From assembly GCA_964016885.1 (NCBI GenBank), contig OZ024740.1, positions 138,198,001-138,262,000 of the forward strand: a stretch of DNA of 64,000 bases, written 5' to 3'. Position numbers and translations under genes: made by a program. Positions 1 through 11,300 of the stretch are shown here, one piece after another. A model generated the notes under the pieces. It made no database searches. It was not told the origin of the DNA and saw only the letters and a list, made by a program, of their open reading frames with translations. Each line of letters starts with the position of its first letter. Position 1 is the first letter of the stretch. This DNA is from Eledone cirrhosa. Lineage: Eukaryota.

Positions 1-2339
1 ATTCTCTATTTCTCTTATCACTTTTCTCTCAATCTCCAATTCTCTCTCTCTCTTATCACTTTCTCTCTCAATCTCCAATTCTCTCTTTTTCCTATCACTT
101 TTCCCTCAATCTCCTATTCTCTCTTTCTCTTATCACTTTTCCCCCAATCTCCAATTCTCTCTTTCTCTTATCACTTTTCTCTCAATCTCCAATTCTCTCT
201 TTCTCTTATCACTTTTCTCCCAATCTCCAATTCTCTCTGTTTCTTATCACTTTTCTCTCAATCCCCAATTCTCTCTTTCTCTTATCACTTTTCTCTCAAT
301 ATCCAATTCTCTCTTTCTCTTATCACTTTTCTCTCAATCTCCAATTCTCTCTTTCTCTTATCACTTTTCTCCCAATCTCCAATTCTCTCTGTTTCTTATC
401 ACTTTTCTCTCAATCTCCAATTCTCTCTCTCTCTTATCACTTTCTCTCTCAATCTCCAATTCTCTCTTTTTCTTATCACTTTTCCCTCAATCTCCAATTC
501 TCTCTTTCTCTTATCACTTTTCTCTCAATCTCCAATTCTCTCTTTCTCTTATCACTTTTCTCTCAATCTCCAATTCTCTCTTTCTCTTATCACTTTTCTC
601 TCAATCTCCAATCCTCTCTTTCTCTTATCACTTTTCTCTCAATGTCAAATTCTCTCTGTTTCTTATCACTTTTCTCTCAATCTCCAATTCTCTCTTTCTC
701 TTATCACTTTTCTCTCAATCTCCAATTCTCTCTTTCTCTTATCACTTTTCCCTCAATCTCCAATTCTCTCTTTCTCTTATCACTTTTCTCTCAATCTCCA
801 ATTCTCTCTTTCTCTTATGACTTTTCTCTCAATCACCAATTCTCTCTGTCTCTGATCACTTTTCACTCAATCTCCAATTCTCTCTTTCTCTTATCACTTT
901 TCTCTCAATCTCCAATTCTCTCTTACTCTTATCACTTTTCTCTCAATCTCCAATTCTCTCTTACTCTTATCACTTTTCTCTCAATCTCCAATTCTCTTTT
1001 TCTCTTATCACTTTTCTCTCAATGTCCAATTCTCTCTGTTTCTCATCACTTTTCTCTCAATCTCCAATTCTCTCTTTCTCTTATCACTTTTCTCTCAATC
1101 TCCAATTCTCTTTTTCTCTTATCACTTTTCTCTCAATCTCCAATTCTCTCTGTTTCTTATCACTTTTCTCTCAATCTCCAATTCTCTCTTTCTCTTATCA
1201 CTTTTCTCCCAATCTCCAATTCTCTCTGTTTCTTATCACTTTTCTCTCAATCCCCAATTCTCTCTTTCTCTTATCACTTTTCTCTCAATATCCAATTCTC
1301 TCTTTCTCTTATCACTTTTCTCTCAATCTCCAATTCTCTCTTTCTCTTATCACTTTTCTCCCAATCTCCAATTCTCTCTGTTTCTTATGACTTTTCTCTC
1401 AATCTCCAATTCTCTCTTTCTCTTATCACTTTTCTCTCAATCTCCAATTCTCTCTTTCTCTTATCACTTTTCTCTCAATCTCCAATTCTCTCTTTCTCTT
1501 ATCACTTTTCTCTCAATCTCCAATTCTCTCTCTCTCTTATCACTTTCTCTGTCAATCTCCAATTCTCTCTTTTTCTTATCACTTTTCCCTCAATCTCCAA
1601 TTCTCTCTTTCTCTTATCACTTTTCTCTCAATCTCCAATTCTCTCTTTCTCTTATCACTTTTCTCTCAATCTCCAATTCTCTCTTTCTCTTATCACTTTT
1701 CTCTCAATCTCCAATCCTCTCTTTCTCTTATCACTTTTCTCTCAATGTCCAATTCTCTCTGTTTCTTATCACTTTTCTCTCAATCTCCAATTCTCTCTTT
1801 CTCTTATCACTTTTCTCTCAATCTCCAATTCTCTCTTTCTCTTATCACTTTTCTCTCAATCTCCAATTCTCTCTTTCTCTTATCACTTTTCTCTCAATCT
1901 CCAATTCTCTCTCTCTCTTATCACTTTCTCTCTCAATCTCCAATTCTCTCTTTCTCTTATCACTTTTCTCTCAATATCCAATTCTCTCTCTCTCTTATCA
2001 CTTTTCTCTCAATCTCCAATTCTCTCTTTCTCTTATCACTTTTCTCCCAATCTCCAATTCTCTCTTTTTTTTATCACTTTTCTCTCAATCTCCAATTCTC
2101 TCTTTCTCTTATGACTTTTCTCTCAATCACCAATTCTCTCTGTCTCTTATCACTTTTCTCTCAATCACCAATTCTCTCTGACTCTGATAACTTTTCTCTC
2201 AATCTCCAAATCTCTCTTTCTCTTATCACTTTTCTCTCAATCTCCAATTCTCTCTTACTCTTATCAGTTTTCTCTCAATCTCCAATTCTCTCTTTCTCTC
2301 ATCACTTTTCTCTCAATCTCCAATTCTCTCTTTCTCTTA

Positions 2340-5300
2340 TCACTTTTCTCTCAATCTCCAATTCTCTCTTTCTCTTATCACTTTTCTCTCAATCTCCAAT
2401 TCTCTCTTTCTCTTATCACTTTTCTCTCAATCTCCAATTCTCTCTTTCTCTTATCACTTTTTTCTCAATCTCCAATTCTCTCTTTCTCTTATCACTTTTC
2501 TCTCAATCTCCAATTCTCTCTTTCTCTTATCACTTTATTCTCAATCTCCAATTCTCTCTTTCTCTTATCACTTTTCTCTCAATCTCTAATTCTCTCTTTC
2601 TCTTATCACTTTTCTCTCAATCTCCAATTCTCTCTTTCTCTTATCACTTTTCTCTCAATCTCCAATTCTCTCTTTCTCTTATCACTTTTCTCTCAATCAC
2701 CAATTCTCTCTGTCTCTTATCACTTTTCTCTCAATCACCAATTCTCTCTGACTCTGATAACTTTTCTCTCAATCTCCAAATCTCTCTTTCTCTTATCACT
2801 TTTCTCTCAATCTCCAATTCTCTCTTTCTCTTATCACTTTTCTCTCAATCTCCAATTCTCCCTTTCTCTTATCACTTTTCTCTCAATCTCCAATTCTCTC
2901 TTTTTCTTATCACTTTTCTCTCAATCTCTAATTCTCTCTGTTTCTTATCACTTTTCTCTCAATCTCTAATTCTCTCTTTCTCTTATCACTTTCTCTCTCA
3001 ATCTCCAATTCTCTCTTTTTTTTATCACTTTTCCCTCAATCTCCAATTCTCTCTTTCTCTTATCACTTTTCTCTCAATCTCCAATTCTCTCTTTCTCTTA
3101 TCACTTTTCTCTCAATCTCCAATTCTCTCTTTCTCTTATCACTTTTCTCTCAATCTCTAATTCTCTCTTTCTCTTATCACTTTCTCTCTCAATCTCCAAT
3201 TCTCTCTTTTTCTTATCACTTTTCCCTCAATCTCCAATTCTCTCTTTCTCTTATCTCTTTTCTCTCAATCGCCAATTCTCTCTTTCTCTTATCACTTTTC
3301 TCTCAATCTCCAATTCTCTCTTTCTCTTATCACTTTTCTCTCAATCTCCAATCCTCTCTTTCTCTTATCACTTTTCTCTCAATGTCCAATTCTCTCTGTT
3401 TCTTATCACTTTTCTCTCAATCTCCAATTCTCTCTTTCTCTTATCACTTTTCTCTCAATCTCCAATTCTCTCTTTCTCTTATCACTTTTCTCTCAATCTC
3501 CAATTCTCTCTCTCTCTTATCACTTTCTCTCTCAATCTCCAATTCTCTCTTTCTCTTATCACTTTTCTCTCAATATCCAATTCTCTCTCTCTCTTATCAC
3601 TTTTCTCTCAATCTCCAATTCTCTCTTTCTCTTATCACTTTTCTCTCAATCTCCAATTCTCCCTTTCTCTTATCACTTTTCTCTCAATCTCCAATTCTCT
3701 CTTTCTCTTATCACTTTTCTCTCAATCTCCAATTCTCTCTTTCTCTTATCACTTTTCTCTCAATCTCCAATTCTCTCTTTCTCTTATCACTTTTCTCTCA
3801 ATCTCCAATTCTCTCTTTCTCTTATCACTTTTCTCTCAATCTCCAATTCTCTCTTTCTCTTATCACTTTTCTCTCAATCTCTAATTCTCTCTTTCTCTTA
3901 TCACTTTTCTCTCAATCTCCAATTCTCTCTTTCTCTTATCACTTTTCTCTCAATCTCCAATTCTCTCTTTCTCTTATCACTTTTCTCTCAATCTCCAACT
4001 CTCCCTTTCTCTTATCACTTTTCTCTCAATCTCCAATTCTCTCTTTTTCTTATCACTTTTCTCTCAATCTCTAATTCTCTCTGTTTCTTATCACTTTTCT
4101 CTCAATATCTAATTCTCTCTTTCTCTTATCACTTTCTCTCTCAATCTCCAATTCTCTCTTTTTCTTATCACTTTTCCCTCAATCTCCAATTCTCTTTTTC
4201 ACTTATCACTTTTCTCTCAATCTCCAATTCTCCCTTTCTCTTATCACTTTTCTCTCAATCTCCAATTCTCTCTTTCTCTTATCACTTTTCTCTCAATCTC
4301 TAATTCTCTCTTTCTCTTATCACTTTCTCTCTCAATCTCCAATTCTCTCTTTTTCTTATCACTTTTCCCTCAATCTCCAATTCTCTCTTTCTCTTATCAC
4401 TTTTCTCTCAATCTCCAATTCTCTCTTTCTCTTATCACTTTTCTCTCAATCTCCAATTCTCTCTTTCTCTTATCACTTTTCTCTCAATCTCCAATCCTCT
4501 CTTTCTCTTATCACTTTTCTCTCAATGTCCAATTCTCTCTGTTTCTTATCACTTTTCTCTCAATCTCCAATTCTCTCTTTCTCTTATCACTTTTATCTCA
4601 ATCTCCAATTCTCTCTTTCTCTTATCACTTTTCTCTCAATCTCCAATTCTCTCTTTCTCTTATCACTTTTTTCTCAATCTCCAATTCTCTCTCTCTCTTA
4701 TCACTTTCTCTCTCAATCTCCAATTCTCTCTTTCTCTTATAACTTTTCTCTCAATATCCAATTCTCTCTCTCTCTTATCACTTTTCTCTCAATCTCCAAT
4801 TCTCTCTTTCTCTTATCACTTTTCTCCCAATCTCCAATTCTCTCTGTTTCTTATCACTTTGTCTCTCAATCTCCAATTCTCTCTTTTTCCTATCACTTTT
4901 CCCTCAATCTCCAATTCTCTCTTTCTCTTATCAGTTTTCTCTCAATCTCCAATTCTCTCTCTCTCATATCACTTTTCTCTCAATCTCCAATTTTCTCTTT
5001 CTCTTATCACATTTCTCTCAATCTCCACTTCTCTCTTTCTCTTATCACTTTTCTCTCAACCTCCCATTCTCTCTTTCTCTTATGACTTTTCTCTCAATCA
5101 CCAATTCTCTCTGTCTCTTATCACTTTTCTCTCAATCACCAATTCTCTCTGACTCTGATAACTTTTCTCTCAATCTCCAAATCTCTCTTTCTCTTATCAC
5201 TTTTCTCTCAATCTCCAATTCTCTCTTACTCTTATCACTTTTCTCTCAATCTCCAATTCTCTCTTTCTCTCATCACTTTTCTCTCAATCTCCAATTCTCT

Positions 5301-8300
5301 CTTTCTCTTATCACTTTTATCTCAATCTCCAATTCTCTCTTTCTCTTATCACTTTTCTCTCAATCTCGAATTCTCTCTTTCTCTTATCACTTTTCTCTCA
5401 ATCTCCAATTCTCTCTTTCTCTTATCACTTTTCTCTCAATCTCCAATTCTCTCTTTCTCTTATCACTTTCTCTCTCAATCTCCAATTCTCTCTTTCTCTT
5501 ATCACTTTTCTCTCAATCTCCAATTCTCTCTTTCTCTTATCACTTTTCTCTCAATCTCCAATTCTCCCTTTCTCTTATCACTTTTCTCTCAATCTCCAAT
5601 TCTCTCTTTCTCTTATCACTTTCCTCTCAATCTCTAATTCTCTCTTTCTCTTATCACTTTCTCTCTCAATCTCCAATTCTCTCTTTTTCTTATCACTTTT
5701 CCCTCAATCTCCAATTCTCTCTTTCTCTTATCACTTTTCTCTCAATCTCCAATTCTCTCTTTCTCTTATCACTTTTCTCTCAATCTCCAATTCTCTCTTT
5801 CTCTTATCACTTTTCTCTCAATCTCCAATCCTCTCTTTCTCTTATCACTTTTCTCTCAATGTCCAATTCTCTCTGTTTCTTATCACTTTTCTCTCAATCT
5901 CCAATTCTCTCTTTCTCTTATCACTTTTATCTCAATCTCCAATTCTCTCTTTCTCTTATCACTTTTCTCTCAATCTCCAATTCTCTCTTTCTCTTATCAC
6001 TTTTTTCTCAATCTCCAATTCTCTCTCTCTCTTATCACTTTCTCTCTCAATCTCCAATTCTCTCTTTCTCTTATAACTGTTCTCTCAATATCCAATTCTC
6101 TCTCTCTCTTATCACTTTTCTCTCAATCTCCAATTCTCTCTTTCTCTTATCACTTTTCTCCCAATCTCCAATTCTCTCTGTTTCTTATCACTTTTCTCTC
6201 AATCTCCAATTCTCTCTTTCTCTTATCACTTTTCTCTCAATCTCCAATTCTCTCTTTCTCTTATCACTTTTCTCTCAATCTCCAATTCTCTCTTTCTCTA
6301 ATCACTTTTCTCTCAATCTCCAATTCTCTCTCTCTCTTATCACTTTGTCTCTCAATCTCCAATTCTCTCTTTTTCCTATCACTTTTCCCTCAATCTCCAA
6401 TTCTCTCTTTCTCTTATCAGTTTTCTCTCAATCTCCAATTCTCTCTCTCTCATATCACTTTTCTCTCAATCTCCAATTTTCTCTTTCTCTTATCACATTT
6501 CTCTCAATCTCCACTTCTCTCTTTCTCTTATCACTTTTCTCTCAACCTCCCATTCTCTCTTTCTCTTATGACTTTTCTCTCAATCACCAATTCTCTCTGT
6601 CTCTTATCACTTTTCTCTCAATCACCAATTCTCTCTGACTCTGATAACTTTTCTCTCAATCTCCAAATCTCTCTTTCTCTTATCACTTTTCTCTCAATCT
6701 CCAATTCTCTCTTACTCTTATCACTTTTCTCTCAATCTCCAATTCTCTCTTTCTCTCATCACTTTTCTCTCAATCTCCAATTCTCTCTTTCTCTTATCAC
6801 TTTTATCTCAATCTCCAATTCTCTCTTTCTCTTATCACTTTTCTCTCAATCTCGAATTCTCTCTTTCTCTTATCACTTTTCTCTCAATCTCCAATTCTCT
6901 CTTTCTCTTATCACTTTTCTCTCAATCTCCAATTCTCTCTTTCTCTTATCACTTTTCTCTCAATCTCCAATTCTCTCTTTCTCTTATCACTTTTCTCTCA
7001 ATCTCCAATTCTCTCTTTCTCTTATCACTTTTCTCTCAATCTCCAATTCTCTCTTTCTCTTATCACTTTTCTCTCAATCTCTAATTCTCTCTTTCTCTTA
7101 TCACTTTTCTCTCAATCTCCAATTCTCTCTTTCTCTTATCACTTTTCTCTCAATCTCCAATTCTCTCTTTCTCTTATCACTTTTCTCTCAATCTCAAATT
7201 CTCTCTTTCTCTTATCACTTTTCTCTCAATCTCCAATTCTCTCTTTCTCTTATCACTTTTCTCTCAATCTCCAATTCTCCCTTTCTCTTATCACTTTTCT
7301 CTCAATCTCCAATTCTCTCTTTTTCTTATCACTTTTCTCTCAATCTCTAATTCTCTCTGTTTCTTATCACTTTTCTCTCAATCTCCAATCCTCTCTTTCT
7401 CTTATCACTTTTCTCTCAATGTCCAATTCTCTCTGTTTCTTATCACTTTTCTCTCAATCTCCAATTCTCTCTTTCTCTTATCACTTTTCTCTCAATCTCC
7501 AATTCTCTCTTTCTCTTATCACTTTTCTCTCAATCTCCAATTCTCTCTTTCTCTTATCACTTTTCTCTCAATCTCCAATTCTCTCTCTCTCTTATCACTT
7601 TCTCTCTCAATCTCCAATTCTCTCTTTCTCTTATCACTTTTCTCTCAATATCCAATTCTCTCTCTCTCTTATCACTTTTCTCTCAATCTCCAATTCTCTC
7701 TTTCTCTTATCACTTTTCTCCCAATCTCCAATTCTCTCTGTTTCTTATCACTTTTCTCTCAATCTCCAATTCTCTCTTTCTCTTATGACTTTTCTCTCAA
7801 TCACCAATTCTCTCTGTCTCTTATCACTTTTCTCTCAATCACCAATTCTCTCTGACTCTGATAACTTTTCTCTCAATCTCCAAATCTCTCTTTCTCTTAT
7901 CACTTTTCTCTCAATCTCCAATTCTCTCTTACTCTTATCAGTTTTCTCTCAATCTCCAATTCTCTCTTTCTCTCATCACTTTTCTCTCAATCTCCAATTC
8001 TCTCTTTCTCTTATCACTTTTATCTCAATCTCCAATTCTCTCTTTCTCTTATCACTTTTCTCTCAATCTCGAATTCTCTCTTTCTCTTATCACTTTTCTC
8101 TCAATCTCCAATTCTCTCTTTCTCTTATCACTTTTCTCTCAATCTCCAATTCTCTCTTTCTCTTATCACTTTTTTCTCAATCTCCAATTCTCTCTTTCTC
8201 TTATCACTTTTCTCTCAATCTCCAATTCTCTCTTTCTCTTATCACTTTTCTCTCAATCTCCAATTCTCTCTTTCTCTTATCACTTTTCTCTCAATCTCTA

Positions 8301-11300
8301 ATTCTCTCTTTCTCTTATCACTTTTCTCTCAATCTCCAATTCTCTCTTTCTCTTATCACTTTTTTCTCAATCTCCAATTCTCTCTTTCTCTTATCACATT
8401 TCTCTCAATCTCCAATTCTCTCTTTCTCTTATCACTTTTCTCTCAATCTCCAATTCTCTCTTTCTCTTATCACTTTTCTCTCAATCTCCAATTCTCCCTT
8501 TCTCTTATCACTTTTCTCTCAATCTCCAATTCTCTCTTTTTCTTATCACTTTTCTCTCAATCTTTAATTCTCTCTGTTTCTTATCACTTTTCTCTCAATC
8601 TCTAATTCTCTCTTTCTCTTATCACTTTCTCTCTCAATCTCCAATTCTCTCTTTTTTTATCACTTTTCCCTCAATCTCCAATTCTCTCTTTCTCTTATCA
8701 CTTTTCTCTCAATCTCCAATACTCTCTTTCTCTTATCACTTTTCTCTCAATCTCCAATTCTCTCTTTCTCTTATCACTTTTCTCTCAATCCCTAATTCTC
8801 TCTTTCTCTTATCACTTTCTCTCTCAATCTCCAATTCTCTCTTTTTCTTATCACTTTTCCCTCAATCTCCAATTCTCTCTTTCTCTTATCACTTTTCTCT
8901 CAATCTCCAATTCTCTCTTTCTCTTATCACTTTTCTCTCAATCTCCAATTCTCTCTTTCTCTTATCACTTTTCTCTCAATCTCCAATTCTCTCTTTCTCT
9001 TATCACTTTTTTCTCAATCTCCAATTCTCTCTTTCTCTTATCACTTTTCTCTCAATCTCCAATTCTCTCTTTCTCTTATCACTTTATTCTCAATCTCCAA
9101 TTCTCTCTTTCTCTTATCACTTTTCTCTCAATCTCTAATTCTCTCTTTCTCTTATCACTTTTCTCTCAATCTCCAATTCTCTCTTTCTCTTATCACTTTT
9201 CTCTCAATCTCCAATTCTCTCTTTCTCTTATCACTTTTCTCTCAATCACCAATTCTCTCTGTCTCTTATCACTTTTCTCTCAATCACCAATTCTCTCTGA
9301 CTCTGATAACTTTTCTCTCAATCTCCAAATCTCTCTTTCTCTTATCACTTTTCTCTCAATCTCCAATTCTCTCTTTCTCTTATCACTTTTCTCTCAATCT
9401 CCAATTCTCCCTTTCTCTTATCACTTTTCTCTCAATCTCCAATTCTCTCTTTTTCTTATCACTTTTCTCTCAATCTCTAATTCTCTCTGTTTCTTATCAC
9501 TTTTCTCTCAATCTCTAATTCTCTCTTTCTCTTATCACTTTCTCTCTCAATCTCCAATTCTCTCTTTTTTTTATCACTTTTCCCTCAATCTCCAATTCTC
9601 TCTTTCTCTTATCACTTTTCTCTCAATCTCCAATTCTCTCTTTCTCTTATCACTTTTCTCTCAATCTCCAATTCTCTCTTTCTCTTATCACTTTTCTCTC
9701 AATCTCTAATTCTCTCTTTCTCTTATCACTTTCTCTCTCAATCTCCAATTCTCTCTTTTTCTTATCACTTTTCCCTCAATCTCCAATTCTCTCTTTCTCT
9801 TATCACTTTTCTCTCAATCTCCAATTCTCTCTTTCTCTTATCACTTTTCTCTCAATCTCCAATTCTCTCTTTCTCTTATCACTTTTCTCTCAATCTCCAA
9901 TCCTCTCTTTCTCTTATCACTTTTCTCTCAATGTCCAATTCTCTCTGTTTCTTATCACTTTTCTCTCAATCTCCAATTCTCTCTTTCTCTTATCACTTTT
10001 CTCTCAATCTCCAATTCTCTCTTTCTCTTATCACTTTTTTCTCAATCTCCAATTCTCTCTTTCTCTTATCACATTTCTCTCAATCTCCAATTCTCTCTTT
10101 CTCTTATCACTTTTCTCTCAATCTCCAATTCTCTCTTTCTCTTATCACTTTTCTCTCAATCTCCAATTCTCCCTTTCTCTTATCACTTTTCTCTCAATCT
10201 CCAATTCTCTCTTTTTCTTATCACTTTTCTCTCAATCTTTAATTCTCTCTGTTTCTTATCACTTTTCTCTCAATCTCTAATTCTCTCTTTCTCTTATCAC
10301 TTTCTCTCTCAATCTCCAATTCTCTCTTTTTTTATCACTTTTCCCTCAATCTCCAATTCTCTCTTTCTCTTATCACTTTTCTCTCAATCTCCAATACTCT
10401 CTTTCTCTTATCACTTTTCTCTCAATCTCCAATTCTCTCTTTCTCTTATCACTTTTCTCTCAATCCCTAATTCTCTCTTTCTCTTATCACTTTCTCTCTC
10501 AATCTCCAATTCTCTCTTTTTCTTATCACTTTTCCCTCAATCTCCAATTCTCTCTTTCTCTTATCACTTTTCTCTCAATCTCCAATTCTCTCTTTCTCTT
10601 ATCACTTTTCTCTCAATCTCCAATTCTCTCTTTCTCTTATCACTTTTCTCTCAATCTCCAATTCTCTCTTTCTCTTATCACTTTTTTCTCAATCTCCAAT
10701 TCTCTCTTTCTCTTATCACTTTTCTCTCAATCTCCAATTCTCTCTTTCTCTTATCACTTTATTCTCAATCTCCAATTCTCTCTTTCTCTTATCACTTTTC
10801 TCTCAATCTCTAATTCTCTCTTTCTCTTATCACTTTTCTCTCAATCTCCAATTCTCTCTTTCTCTTATCACTTTTCTCTCAATCTCCAATTCTCTCTTTC
10901 TCTTATCACTTTTCTCTCAATCACCAATTCTCTCTGTCTCTTATCACTTTTCTCTCAATCACCAATTCTCTCTGACTCTGATAACTTTTCTCTCAATCTC
11001 CAAATCTCTCTTTCTCTTATCACTTTTCTCTCAATCTCCAATTCTCTCTTTCTCTTATCACTTTTCTCTCAATCTCCAATTCTCCCTTTCTCTTATCACT
11101 TTTCTCTCAATCTCCAATTCTCTCTTTTTCTTATCACTTTTCTCTCAATCTCTAATTCTCTCTGTTTCTTATCACTTTTCTCTCAATCTCTAATTCTCTC
11201 TTTCTCTTATCACTTTCTCTCTCAATCTCCAATTCTCTCTTTTTTTTATCACTTTTCCCTCAATCTCCAATTCTCTCTTTCTCTTATCACTTTTCTCTCA

